A stretch of 64,000 nucleotides of DNA from Candidatus Kryptoniota bacterium (lineage in GTDB: Bacteria > Bacteroidota > Ignavibacteria > Kryptoniales > JAKASW01), in contig JBJKPC010000016.1 of NCBI GenBank assembly GCA_046706745.1, positions 95,561-159,560 of the forward strand, written 5' to 3'. Below, in pieces: positions 8,923 to 18,805 of this stretch. The translations under genes were made by a program, and so were the position numbers. The notes under the pieces are model-generated. The model saw only the letters and a program-made list of their open reading frames with translations. It searched no databases and had not been told where the DNA came from. Position 1 is the stretch's first letter. The number at the start of each line of letters is the position of its first letter.

Positions 8923-10110
8923 ATGAGTGCCTCTTGTCAAGAAGCGCGCTGGGCTCTTAAGACATTATTCCATCTTTCAACCGTTCTATTATTCCCGGGT
9001 CTGCTCTCCGGCTTTGCCGTGCTTGCCCTCTGCGGCTTCGGTATGACCCACTCGCCGCAGTGGGCCGACTCCAAGGGCAAGGTGGACACCACTTCCGGAA
9101 ACATCGTCTGGAATGTCGACACCATCGGTGCCAAAGGAAGCACTCTTTACGACTGCTGCGTTATCAACGACACTCTGGCTTACGCGGTCGGCTGGATCAT
9201 GCCTCACGATTCAGCGGAACAAAGCCACTCGCTAGACTGGTACAACGCGGCAGTGTGGAACGGTGAGAGATGGACGCCGTTTCAAGTCCCTGTCTACTAT
9301 GATGGGCGAAAGACTTTCTCACCCATACATTCCGTCTTTGCAAGGAGCAAGGACGATGTCTGGTTCGGGATGTACTACATGGTTCACTGGGACGGTCACA
9401 GGTATTTCCAGATATATCCTGGGATCGGCTCCTGGGAGAATAAGATATGGGAAAGTGCAGACGGGTCCACCCTTTATGCAGTCGGAGATTACGGGATGAT
9501 ATCGTACTCCGCCAACCACGGCCGGTCGTGGACCCCTATCCGTACCGGCACGATGCTGCCGTATCAGGATGTCTGGGGAAACGGAGGGCGGATACTCGCT
9601 GTCGCTTCGGATGACAACGGCCACCAATATCTTGTAGGTCTAAAAGGCGACAGCGCGATTAAGCTCAATGAAGCTTTCCCCTTCGTACGAAGCCTGAGTG
9701 GAATCTGGTTCGGTGCGAATCGAAAGTACTTTGCAGTCGGCAACAACATATATGAGGATACAAACATCGGCAACAAGGTCTGGCATTTCGACCCATTTAT
9801 CTGGCACATCAATCATTATATAGCGGCTGTCCGGGGCAACTCCTCCAACGATGTCTTCATGGCAGGACAGGATGCCAGCCTTGCGCACTGGAACGGGCGG
9901 ACCTGGAAAGTTTGTCACGCCCCGGGGAACAGACGGGATCAATTGCGTTCAATCAGCGTAAAAGGGAATCTTGTTGTGGCGGTCGGGCAGAGGTATTACA
10001 GCAACATCGACGACTATGGCGTAATTTATACCGGAATAAGGGAAACGCCGAAAAAGGCGGGAGTATCGCGCCCGAAAGGAGGTTACAGAAGAGTTGTCCC
10101 TAACCGGTAA
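8923..10110 (+). CDS. Membrane-anchored or secreted BNR/Ycf48-like beta-propeller protein
   Basis: Hydrophobic N-terminal segment LFHLSTVLLFPGLLSGFAVLALCGF. Repeated blade pattern ..V.G.S.NDV...G..G...HWNG..W, with an Asp-box-like SANHGRSWTPI. The start is uncertain: the ORF opens at 8824, and 8923 gives a signal-anchor-like N-terminus. Confidence 0.5.
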   Translation: MSASCQEARWALKTLFHLSTVLLFPGLLSGFAVLALCGFGMTHSPQWADSKGKVDTTSGNIVWNVDTIGAKGSTLYDCCVINDTLAYAVGWIMPHDSAEQSHSLDWYNAAVWNGERWTPFQVPVYYDGRKTFSPIHSVFARSKDDVWFGMYYMVHWDGHRYFQIYPGIGSWENKIWESADGSTLYAVGDYGMISYSANHGRSWTPIRTGTMLPYQDVWGNGGRILAVASDDNGHQYLVGLKGDSAIKLNEAFPFVRSLSGIWFGANRKYFAVGNNIYEDTNIGNKVWHFDPFIWHINHYIAAVRGNSSNDVFMAGQDASLAHWNGRTWKVCHAPGNRRDQLRSISVKGNLVVAVGQRYYSNIDDYGVIYTGIRETPKKAGVSRPKGGYRRVVPNR

Positions 10111-12058
10111 ACAAAAGAAGTGGATTCTGAAAAGAAGCTCGGAGCTGTCGCCGACGGAAATGGCCAAAGAGCTTAAAGTGTCAAAAGGAGAGATCGAACG
10201 ATTTCTGACCACGGCCGGGAAGAAATGGATGAAATGGGTATTCTACTCAGTGACGGTGTTGCTGCCGGTGGTTTTCTTTGTTCTGCTCGAAGTCGGTTTG
10301 CGGATTTTCAACTACGGTTACAATTATACGGAATGGGTGAGCCCGATAAAGGGAAAATATGTACTGAACACCCAGATCGCGCACAAGTATTTCTACAACG
10401 TAGAATACGTCCCCAGGTCCGATGTGGACCTTTTCGATATCGTGAAAAAGCCCAACGCTTTCAGAGTGTTCGTCCTCGGCGGGAGTGCCGCTGCCGGTTA
10501 TCCATTTCTGCCGAACGGTTCTTTTTCAAGATATCTTCAGCAGAGGCTCAGTCTCGAATATCCCCATTCTAAGATCGAAGTCGTCAACTGTGCGATGACC
10601 GCCGTGAACAGCTACACGCTCCTCGACCTGCTTCCGGGCATTCTGAAAGAGAAGCCGAATCTGATACTTATCTACGCCGGGAACAATGAATACTACGGCG
10701 CGCTCGGCGTGGGCTCGCTGGAATCGTTCGGTTCGTTTCGACCGCTTGTTAACCTGGTGGTGTATCTCGAACGGTTCAGGACATTTCAACTGCTGCGAAA
10801 CGTGATGAGGAAGATCGAGAGTCTCTTTGCGAAGAAGCGAACTCCAACTGGCACGCTGATGGCACGGATGGCCAAAGATCAGTACATACCTCTCGGTTCC
10901 AAAGTGTATAAAGAGGGCCTGGCGCAGTTCAAAGGGAACATGACGGACATTCTCCGGATGGCAAAGGATCATCACGTGCCCGTTATCTTAGGAACCCTCG
11001 CGTGTAATCTAAAGGATCAATATCCATTCGTTTCAATCAGGGCAAATGGCTATCCGCCGGCCGACTCAGTGTTCGAGCAGGCAAAAGCCGCGCTGGGGAA
11101 GAAAGAATTCGGACTGGCAGACTCACTTTTCAGATATGCAAAAGACCTTGATGCCCTGAGGTTCAGACCGCCTACTTCACTTAACGACGAGATCCTCGCA
11201 CTTGGGAAGATGTTTGACGATCCCGTTGTCGACGTGGACTCGGCTTTCGACGCAGTGAGTCCGGATCATATTGTGGGCGATAATCTGATGGTAGACCACC
11301 TTCACCCGACACTCCGCGGGCAGGAATTGATCGGCAGGCTTTATTACGACGAGATGGAAAAGACCGGTTTGCTTCCACGATCCAGCCCGCTCAGTCTCAG
11401 CAACAGGCAGCAGGACAGTATAACCGTCGCTGACTTTCCGTTTGCAAAGCTCGATTCCGTGATTGGTGAATACAGGATAAAAGTCTTGAAGGATGACTGG
11501 CCTTACATCGATCCGGCGAAGGCGGTGCCGATTTCGGAGATGCTTCGTCCGGCGAATTACATCGATTCGCTCGCATACCGGATAGTCGTGGATGGAACCG
11601 ACTGGGTCACAGTTCACAAGCTTGCGGCAGAGCATTATGCTCTGGAAGACAAATACAAGCCGTTTATAAAAGTGATGAACGTTATGATCGCGCAGTATCC
11701 ATATTCGCTCGATTATTATGACTATGCATCGACTGTACTTCTTCATGCCGGATATTATGATGATGCATACCGGTACCTGGAGAGACGAAACGAACTCGAG
11801 GCGACCGCTTTCACCGAGAAGTGGCTCGGCATCATCGATCTTTCCAAAGGCAGGATACCATCGGCGAAGAAATATCTTCTGGCGAGCGCGAGAAGGAACG
11901 GAAACGACGCGCAGGTGTGGTACAACCTGGCCGGTGTATATGTGAACGAAAAGAATTATCCGGAGGCGCTGGCAAACGTCAGCAAAGCTCTCTCGCTGGA
12001 TCCCGGCTTCCCGGGGGCAGGCGCCCTTGCCGATCAGCTCCGGAAAGCGATGAAATGA
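10094..12058 (+). CDS. Membrane-anchored SGNH/GDSL-type hydrolase (or acyltransferase-like) domain fused to C-terminal TPR repeats
   Basis: SGNH blocks: FRVFVLGGSAAAGYPF (block I), LILIYAGNNEYYG (block III), VDHLHPT (block V, DxxH). TPR-like helices at the C-terminus (GNDAQVWYNLAGVYVNEKNYPEALANVSKALSLDP). One TM helix, WVFYSVTVLLPVVFFVLLEVGL. A TTG start at 10094 lies 11 nt after GAAAGGAGGT. An alternative ATG at 10226 would remove a 44-aa cytoplasmic extension. Confidence 0.6.
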   Translation: MSLTGKQKKWILKRSSELSPTEMAKELKVSKGEIERFLTTAGKKWMKWVFYSVTVLLPVVFFVLLEVGLRIFNYGYNYTEWVSPIKGKYVLNTQIAHKYFYNVEYVPRSDVDLFDIVKKPNAFRVFVLGGSAAAGYPFLPNGSFSRYLQQRLSLEYPHSKIEVVNCAMTAVNSYTLLDLLPGILKEKPNLILIYAGNNEYYGALGVGSLESFGSFRPLVNLVVYLERFRTFQLLRNVMRKIESLFAKKRTPTGTLMARMAKDQYIPLGSKVYKEGLAQFKGNMTDILRMAKDHHVPVILGTLACNLKDQYPFVSIRANGYPPADSVFEQAKAALGKKEFGLADSLFRYAKDLDALRFRPPTSLNDEILALGKMFDDPVVDVDSAFDAVSPDHIVGDNLMVDHLHPTLRGQELIGRLYYDEMEKTGLLPRSSPLSLSNRQQDSITVADFPFAKLDSVIGEYRIKVLKDDWPYIDPAKAVPISEMLRPANYIDSLAYRIVVDGTDWVTVHKLAAEHYALEDKYKPFIKVMNVMIAQYPYSLDYYDYASTVLLHAGYYDDAYRYLERRNELEATAFTEKWLGIIDLSKGRIPSAKKYLLASARRNGNDAQVWYNLAGVYVNEKNYPEALANVSKALSLDPGFPGAGALADQLRKAMK

Positions 12059-12097
12059 GAACAAAACGAGCGGTTTTGCTTCTCCACCCAATGTCCT

Positions 12098-12136
12098 CCC
12101 GTCCCGGCAGCAATGCCGGGGCGGGGTTGGGTTTTT
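12098..12136 (+). terminator. Rho-independent terminator
   Basis: An 11-bp stem CCCGTCCCGGC (12098-12108) / GCCGGGGCGGG (12115-12125), with one G-U pair, is followed by GTTGGGTTTTT. Confidence 0.75.
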
Positions 12137-12208
12137 GCCCGGCGACCGTTACTATCCCTGACGGCTCCGGACAGCAAAGAGATACGAAATAAAGGAAATA
12201 TTCGAATC

Positions 12209-15200
12209 ATGAAACCACTCTTCAAATGGATCCCGGTTTTCGCTTTTCTGATTTGTGGCGTTTCGTTCGGCCAGACCGCGGACAGCGTGGACGTCACCTT
12301 CTACTACAAACCTCAGGACAATCCCACCGCTGTCTATGTCCCGGGCGAGTTCAACGGCTGGGGACCCAATTCGAACGGAGTTATATCTGCCGGAGCCCCT
12401 TCTGCCATGACGGAAAATCAATCGACCGGTATCTGGTACAAGACGATGAGGCTTCGTGTTGGTGGCGGAATAGGAGACCAGATCACCGGTACGTACCAGT
12501 ACAAATTCAATGAGAACGGCAACAACTGGCTACCCGATCCGTTGAATCCGCTAGAGAACGCCTCGAACAACAACAACTCTATTATATACATCACGAGCCC
12601 GACCGTATACCACCTGCTGCCCAACTCGAAAACCGAGATAGTGAAAACCCAGCATCCTGTGTTGACCGCTTATCTGTACAGGTCTGTTGCGAGCGGCGTG
12701 GATACTTCGTCGATCTACCTAACGATCGACTCGACTACGATCCATGTCCCCGGTTCGGCTTATGATCCAGTCGATCAGCTTCTTACTTTCCGCTGGCCTG
12801 ACCCGCTGCTCAACGGGACCAGGAAGATGAGTTTGACAGTAAAGAATCTAGCCGGCAATCAGGTCTCCGATTCTACTTCATTTGTCGTGCAAGCCGGACC
12901 GATCCAAATCTTGAATCGTGGAGGATACGTAACACTGAAATCTTCTATTGTGCTCGACGGGACTGTCGAAGATACCTCCATCCACGACGTCAATATTATC
13001 AGGAACGGCTCGGACACGGTGGCCGTGCAGGCAACGAACGGCAGCTTCGAAGACTCAGTTAGTTACGTACCGGGAAACAACATCTTCATCGCAGTTGCAA
13101 CTGACAGCACCGGATCCAAGATCGTCTCGGCGCCTTTCGAAATGACGTATTATGTGAATCACAGTCCGTATGCAAGAATAAGCTTCTCTTCAACCGGAAG
13201 CTCGATAACGCTTTCAGCTTCCGGAAGCACTGATCCCGATTCAGGACAAGCGTCCAAGCTCACCTTTTTATGGGGAGTCGGCTCCGACAATCCGGCAGCA
13301 GTTGCAGGGGTCTCAGGTTCCACGTCGGATTCAATTACCGTCACGAAGCCTTCGGTGCCCGGACAGTATGATTTTTCGCTGGTAGCCACCGATCCCAGCG
13401 GTAATAAAGACACGACGAAAGCATATTTCACTGTCCATCGGGACGACAGCCTGAGTTTCTCCTCATATGCTTCCAACCCCGAGTGGGCGAAAATGGGACG
13501 GATCTACGAACTCTTCTTCAACTCTTTCACGCCGGAGAAGACGATAAATGCCGCGACGCAGAAGCTGAGTTATATCGCTGACATGGGCTTCAACATTATC
13601 TGGGTAATGCCGGTCATGGAGAACAACCAGCCGATGGACAACAGTACGGGTACCGGCTACAACATAGTGAATTTCTACAAAGTCGCACCCCAGTACGGCA
13701 CTAATGCCGACTTCAAAAACTTTGTCGAACGCGCGCACCAGCTCGGTATGAAGGTGATCCTCGATGTCACCCCGAATCATACCAGTTTCAACCATCCCTT
13801 CGTAAAGGATGCAAGGCTTTACGGAAAGAACTCCTTCTACTGGGATTTCTATCAGCATCATCTAATCACCAACCCGAACTATCATCCTAATCTTCCCGAG
13901 AACATCACCCCGGACGGTTTTGTGTACTACTCGGGGTACAGCGATCAATTGCTGAATTACAACTGGTCCGATGTTGATGCCAGGGCCTATATGGACAACG
14001 TTTATAAATGGTGGATAGAGAACATGGGTATCGACGGGTACCGGTTCGATTCTTATTGGGGCCCGCACGACCGCGCGGACAACGGCAACGGCAACGAAGA
14101 TGAGATGGGGACGCCGACCAGGAAGCTGCTGAAACATGTTGATCCGAATATCTTCCTCCTCGGCGAGACTGCAGGAACAGGTGTCGGAACGCAGGTCGAT
14201 TACGCCGACGACGGCGGCGGCCTCGATGCCGCGTATGACTGGAACTTCCTGCATAATGCCGTGCAGTCGTTCAATTTCTCAAACCCATCGAGCATTTCAA
14301 CGCTTAACACGTACGTAACCAACTACGGACCCAACAACGGAAACACGATGGGATACGAGCCCGGTCCTGATGCCTTGTTCATGCGCTGCATGGAAAACCA
14401 GGATGAAGAGTCGATCGCCTATACTTACGGTTCATTTCAAAAGACGATGCCGATGGCAACCGTCATTTTCACGATCCCGGGAATTCCTTTGATGTACTCG
14501 GGGCAGGAAGTGGGATGGGGCCTCGGCATCTCGGACTACTATCAACGGCTTCGCGGAGTCATCAATTGGAATTATGCCGGCGAACCTCTCCTCACCCCTC
14601 ACTATGAGAAACTCGCGTGGATCAGAGGCACGTTCCCTGCATTTTCCACCCAGAAATTCAACCGGCTCTCCACCGGAAATGAGTGGGTTTACGGATACAC
14701 CCGTCCATACCCGGACCAAAACGGGATCGCACTCGAAAACTTTAGTGACTCCACACTGACGGTTAGCGTAGCCCTCGTCGGACAGGGGAGTTCGGCTAAC
14801 GTGGCGTTTCAGGGAGGGGTCACTAACGGGAAGACTTATTTCATGAACGATGTTTACAATCAACTTACAGATTCCGTCACGTTTTCAGGAGGGATGGCCC
14901 ACTACTCGGCGACTCTTCCTCCCTATGGATCGGCAGTGTATGTGTTGAGCGACTCGGTGATCCACATGACGTACCCCGCAATCACTGCCATTAGGCCGGG
15001 AACAAACACACAGGTTCCTGTTCATTACTCGCTTTCGCAGAACTATCCCAACCCGTTCAATCCCACGACCACGATAAGGTATGCAATTCCGGCGAGGTCC
15101 CGGGTCACAGTGAAAGTGTATAATACCCTCGGCCAGCTTGTCGAAACCCTTGTGGATTCCGAACAGAGCGCAGGGGAACACCAGGTGATTTTCGACGGCG

Positions 15201-15283
15201 ACGGTTTGGCTTCGGGAGTTTATTTCTATAAATTGACTGCCGGGTCGTTTGTGAAAACCAATAAGATGATGATGATAAAGTAA
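12209..15283 (+). CDS. Secreted GH13 alpha-amylase-family enzyme with an N-terminal CBM48/E-set-like module, a PKD-like domain and a T9SS C-terminal domain
   Basis: The ATG at 12209 follows the terminator; the ORF-track ATG at 12113 lies inside the hairpin. Signal peptide MKPLFKWIPVFAFLICGVSFGQ. CBM48-like segment VDVTFYYKP...VYVPGEFNGWGPN...GTYQYKFNENGNNWLPDPLNP. PKD-like segment LSASGSTDPDSG. GH13 regions: DVTPNHTS, GIDGYRFDSYWG, FLLGETAG, MENQDEES. The C-terminus reads SQNYPNPFNPTTTIRY...GVYFYKLTAGSFVKTNKMMMIK. Confidence 0.8.
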   Translation: MKPLFKWIPVFAFLICGVSFGQTADSVDVTFYYKPQDNPTAVYVPGEFNGWGPNSNGVISAGAPSAMTENQSTGIWYKTMRLRVGGGIGDQITGTYQYKFNENGNNWLPDPLNPLENASNNNNSIIYITSPTVYHLLPNSKTEIVKTQHPVLTAYLYRSVASGVDTSSIYLTIDSTTIHVPGSAYDPVDQLLTFRWPDPLLNGTRKMSLTVKNLAGNQVSDSTSFVVQAGPIQILNRGGYVTLKSSIVLDGTVEDTSIHDVNIIRNGSDTVAVQATNGSFEDSVSYVPGNNIFIAVATDSTGSKIVSAPFEMTYYVNHSPYARISFSSTGSSITLSASGSTDPDSGQASKLTFLWGVGSDNPAAVAGVSGSTSDSITVTKPSVPGQYDFSLVATDPSGNKDTTKAYFTVHRDDSLSFSSYASNPEWAKMGRIYELFFNSFTPEKTINAATQKLSYIADMGFNIIWVMPVMENNQPMDNSTGTGYNIVNFYKVAPQYGTNADFKNFVERAHQLGMKVILDVTPNHTSFNHPFVKDARLYGKNSFYWDFYQHHLITNPNYHPNLPENITPDGFVYYSGYSDQLLNYNWSDVDARAYMDNVYKWWIENMGIDGYRFDSYWGPHDRADNGNGNEDEMGTPTRKLLKHVDPNIFLLGETAGTGVGTQVDYADDGGGLDAAYDWNFLHNAVQSFNFSNPSSISTLNTYVTNYGPNNGNTMGYEPGPDALFMRCMENQDEESIAYTYGSFQKTMPMATVIFTIPGIPLMYSGQEVGWGLGISDYYQRLRGVINWNYAGEPLLTPHYEKLAWIRGTFPAFSTQKFNRLSTGNEWVYGYTRPYPDQNGIALENFSDSTLTVSVALVGQGSSANVAFQGGVTNGKTYFMNDVYNQLTDSVTFSGGMAHYSATLPPYGSAVYVLSDSVIHMTYPAITAIRPGTNTQVPVHYSLSQNYPNPFNPTTTIRYAIPARSRVTVKVYNTLGQLVETLVDSEQSAGEHQVIFDGDGLASGVYFYKLTAGSFVKTNKMMMIK

Positions 15284-17160
15284 TGGTGAAGTACAAAACG
15301 ATGAATCAAGATTTCTCGACGCATTGGTACGGTATGCTCGCTTCAGGTTTACTGGCGATAGTTCTGGTTGCTTTTTCATGTCCCTCGGGCACCCTGGCCG
15401 GGGAAAGACAGGTGAAGGCCGAAAGTACTCAGAAGATGGACACTCTCGCCGTGGTGGACGGCAGCCCGATAACGAGCGCTGATTTTCTGACAAGGTTCGA
15501 AATGTCCATCTACCCGGGGAAAGACGATCCCACGACACTCGAGGAAACGAAGCGGGAATTCTTATACTCGATGATTGCTGAGAAGCTTCTTTCGCAGGCG
15601 GCCGCCCGTTCCGATCAGCCGTATACCTCTTCCGAAGAACTTGTCCGAAAACAAATGCAGGATATTTTCATGCGGGACGCACTCTTCAGAAAAGAGATCA
15701 TGCCTCATGCAAAAGTCAGCCGGCAGGAAGTACTTCACGGTTTCGGAATCTCAATTTACAAGTATATTGTCGATGCCTTTTACTTCAACTCTGACAAGTC
15801 TACGGCATGGAGCTTCTACCGGACGCTGGAGCAGAAGGGGGCGCCGAACATCTACGCAACCGCGCGAAGCCTTCATATACATCATGACACTCTCGAAATT
15901 CCTTACGGTGAATCCACTACAGCCATAGAGAATGCCTTCTTCGGCCGGAAGAAAGGGTTTATTTCCAAACCGACTCCGACGGTCGACGGCCTGGTCATAT
16001 TCAGAGTGCTGTCAAGAAACCTGAACGACTATTTCATCAAAGGCTCGACGGAAGCGAGGTGGGAAAGGATAAAGCAGATACTTGTCAGCAGAAAACAGGC
16101 GAGGCTCGGGAACGAGTACATCGAGGAATTGATGAGGAATATCACCGTTCGAGTTAACTATAACATCTTCCGTCCGCTGGTTCACGCCATCCAGAGACTT
16201 CTGGAAAAGCAGAGAAGGCCACCCGGAAATCCTAACTATCAGCTGTACCCGGCCGAGCTCGTTCAACTCGGAGAAGAATTCGGCGGAGAGATGGACGAAC
16301 CGTTTCTCACTTTCCCCGGCGGCGAACTGACCCTCCGCGATGTATTTGAGAAGTTACCCGCTGCGATGTTCGGTGCCGAAGATACGACTTTGCCCGCCAT
16401 AACATACGCTCTTCATTCTTCACTTAGATTCATTTCACAGAATCATTTCCTGGTACGGCGAGCGCGAGAGCTCGGACTGCAAAATTCGCAGGAAGTCAAA
16501 TACAATGTCGGAATGGTTCTGGCCGCTTACCGCTCCTACCGGATGGCAAATGAAATCACTGATACCGTGAAGATCACCCGGAGCGAGGTAGACCACTTCT
16601 TCAGGACTCATCACGACGAAGTCCTTAAAGGCGTTAAACTGAAAGTCAGGATATTCGAGGCCGGTAATATTGACGAGGCCGTTGCGGTCTACAGCAAGCT
16701 TCGGAGCGACGAAAGCGGACAAGTCACCTCAGGGGACACGGCTGCCGATTGGGTTGATGCGTATCGCCTGGGAGAGATCGGTGCCGTTCTGTCCGAGTTG
16801 AAAGACGGCGATGTCTACGGCCCGGTCGAGGACCACGGGAAATTCTACATCTATCAGCTGCTTGACAAGAGGATGTCTATCAACGACGCCGCAGTCAAGA
16901 ATAGTATACAGGTGGCAAAAGAGATGCTTCTGACACGGGAGAAGCGCAGGACTCTCGACGGGTACATAGCTAAGCTTGCCCGAATGAAAAATGTCAGGAT
17001 ATTCAAAAACAAGCTGCTTGCGCTCAAGGTTACGCCGTTCCAGATGCTGACCTATCGCTTCATAGGATTCGGCGGCAAAATACTCGCAGTTCCGGAACTA
17101 TACCCGAGGGCAGGTTGGTTCAAATACTTCCGGTCCCGCGAGAGACCTCCGCAGCCGTAA
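15283..17160 (+). CDS. SurA/PpiD-like periplasmic chaperone / parvulin-type peptidyl-prolyl isomerase-like protein
   Basis: The ATG overlaps the GH13 stop (TAATG); an alternative start is at 15301. N-terminal hydrophobic anchor. SurA-N-like segment LAVVDGSPITSADFLTRFE. Parvulin-like segment VKLKVRIFEAGNIDEAVAVYSKLRSD...GDVYGPVEDHGKFYIYQLLDKR. Confidence 0.45.
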   Translation: MVKYKTMNQDFSTHWYGMLASGLLAIVLVAFSCPSGTLAGERQVKAESTQKMDTLAVVDGSPITSADFLTRFEMSIYPGKDDPTTLEETKREFLYSMIAEKLLSQAAARSDQPYTSSEELVRKQMQDIFMRDALFRKEIMPHAKVSRQEVLHGFGISIYKYIVDAFYFNSDKSTAWSFYRTLEQKGAPNIYATARSLHIHHDTLEIPYGESTTAIENAFFGRKKGFISKPTPTVDGLVIFRVLSRNLNDYFIKGSTEARWERIKQILVSRKQARLGNEYIEELMRNITVRVNYNIFRPLVHAIQRLLEKQRRPPGNPNYQLYPAELVQLGEEFGGEMDEPFLTFPGGELTLRDVFEKLPAAMFGAEDTTLPAITYALHSSLRFISQNHFLVRRARELGLQNSQEVKYNVGMVLAAYRSYRMANEITDTVKITRSEVDHFFRTHHDEVLKGVKLKVRIFEAGNIDEAVAVYSKLRSDESGQVTSGDTAADWVDAYRLGEIGAVLSELKDGDVYGPVEDHGKFYIYQLLDKRMSINDAAVKNSIQVAKEMLLTREKRRTLDGYIAKLARMKNVRIFKNKLLALKVTPFQMLTYRFIGFGGKILAVPELYPRAGWFKYFRSRERPPQP

Positions 17161-17175
17161 AAGGATGGGAATTCT

Positions 17176-18735
17176 ATGAAAAAACCGCGCCTGAGTTTCT
17201 GGCAAATCTGGAACATGAGTTTCGGATTTCTAGGAATACAGTTTGGATTCGCACTTCAAAACGCAAATGTGAGCAGGATCTTCGAGACGCTCGGTGCCAA
17301 GATCGACGCGATTCCGATTCTCTGGATCGCCGCCCCGATCACCGGGCTTGTCGTCCAGCCGATCATCGGCCACATGAGCGACAAAACGTGGGGGAGGCTG
17401 GGAAGACGCCGGCCATACTTTCTCTCGGGGGCAATCCTCGCATCGATTGCCCTCTTTATAATGCCCAACTCTGCCGTGCTCTGGGTCGCCGCCGGAATGC
17501 TGTGGATCATGGATACATCCATCAATATTTCTATGGAGCCCTTCAGGGCTTTCGTCGGAGACATGCTTCCGTCGGAGCAGAGGACAATTGGTTTTGCGAT
17601 GCAGAGTTTCTTCATAGGAACCGGCGCTGTAATAGCTTCAGCGCTTCCTTATATAATGGCCAACTGGTTCGGGGTCAGTAACACCGCGCCGGAAGGGATG
17701 ATCCCTGAATCGGTCAGACTTTCTTTCTATATCGGCGGCGCGGTTTTCTTCCTTGCCGTCGTTTGGACTGTCTTGGGCTCCAAAGAATATCCGCCGGACG
17801 AACTCATGGCATACAGCGAAGACAAGGAGGCGAATAGAGGAGAGGCCCATCACGACGATGACCCGATTTCCGATTCGAAGCTGATCAGGTACGGCTCGGT
17901 CTGGGCCACCGTGGGCGTAGTCCTATACCTTGTATTCGCCCTGTTCATTTATATTGACTACGGACTCGGGATGTTCTTCGGAGGTATCGCAGCGTTCGGC
18001 GTTCTTCAGATCATCGCCGGCATGTTGACGCGAAAGAAGAAGACGACCGGGGGATTGGTTGTGGTGATGAACGACCTTTTCAAGATGCCGAAAACTATGG
18101 TCCAGCTTGCTTACGTCCAGTTCTTCTCATGGTTCGCACTCTTCGCGATGTGGATCTATACGACTCCGGGAGTCGCTCATCATATTTACGGGGCTACCGA
18201 TACGGCGTCCGCACTTTACAACAATGCTGCCAACTGGGTTGGCGTGCTTATGGCAGTCTATAATGGTTTCGCAGCTGTCATGGCCTTTCTCCTTGTCTGG
18301 ATCGCAAAAAAGACAAACAGGAAGACCGTCCACGCAATCAGTCTGGTATGCGGCGGCATAGGTCTCGGCTCGTTCTACGTAATCAAGGATCCGAATCTAT
18401 TGCTAATCTCAGAGTTGGGCATCGGACTGGCGTGGGCGTCGATCCTCGCCATGCCTTATGCCATTCTGACCGGTTCACTCCCTGCAAGGAAGATGGGGGT
18501 GTATATGGGGATCTTCAATTTTTTCATCGTCATTCCTCAAATTACCGCTGCAGCTATACTCGGATTTTTCGTGGACCACCTTTTTGGCGGGGAGGCGATC
18601 TATGCCCTGCTTCTGGGCGGAGCGTCGTTGATACTTGCCGCTCTTCTCGTAACGAAAGTCGATGATGTAGACGAATCGGTACACGCACAGGCCGTAAATC
18701 AGCCCGAGGAAGCCCTGACAGAGATTCAGAAGTGA
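17176..18735 (+). CDS. MFS/GPH-type sugar:cation symporter (SLC45 / sucrose-maltose transporter-like)
   Basis: About 12 predicted TM helices. Signature ITGLVVQPIIGHMSDKTWGRLGRRRPYFLSGAI, typical of SLC45/GPH sugar symporters. AAAGGATGGGA lies upstream of the ATG. Confidence 0.7.
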   Translation: MKKPRLSFWQIWNMSFGFLGIQFGFALQNANVSRIFETLGAKIDAIPILWIAAPITGLVVQPIIGHMSDKTWGRLGRRRPYFLSGAILASIALFIMPNSAVLWVAAGMLWIMDTSINISMEPFRAFVGDMLPSEQRTIGFAMQSFFIGTGAVIASALPYIMANWFGVSNTAPEGMIPESVRLSFYIGGAVFFLAVVWTVLGSKEYPPDELMAYSEDKEANRGEAHHDDDPISDSKLIRYGSVWATVGVVLYLVFALFIYIDYGLGMFFGGIAAFGVLQIIAGMLTRKKKTTGGLVVVMNDLFKMPKTMVQLAYVQFFSWFALFAMWIYTTPGVAHHIYGATDTASALYNNAANWVGVLMAVYNGFAAVMAFLLVWIAKKTNRKTVHAISLVCGGIGLGSFYVIKDPNLLLISELGIGLAWASILAMPYAILTGSLPARKMGVYMGIFNFFIVIPQITAAAILGFFVDHLFGGEAIYALLLGGASLILAALLVTKVDDVDESVHAQAVNQPEEALTEIQK

Positions 18736-18805
18736 TGTCGGGTTCGGGGCGCCTGTGGTGATTCAATTGAGTTCTGAAAGCAGTTATCAACCGAAGGGAC
18801 TTGCC

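Noticed and set aside
12113-12208. The ORF-track start of the GH13 gene at ATG 12113, giving a 32-aa N-terminal extension.
   Set aside because: That ATG lies inside the terminator hairpin of the upstream operon. The extension (MPGRGWVFARRPLLSLTAP...) is not signal-peptide-like, whereas ATG 12209 gives a clean signal peptide.
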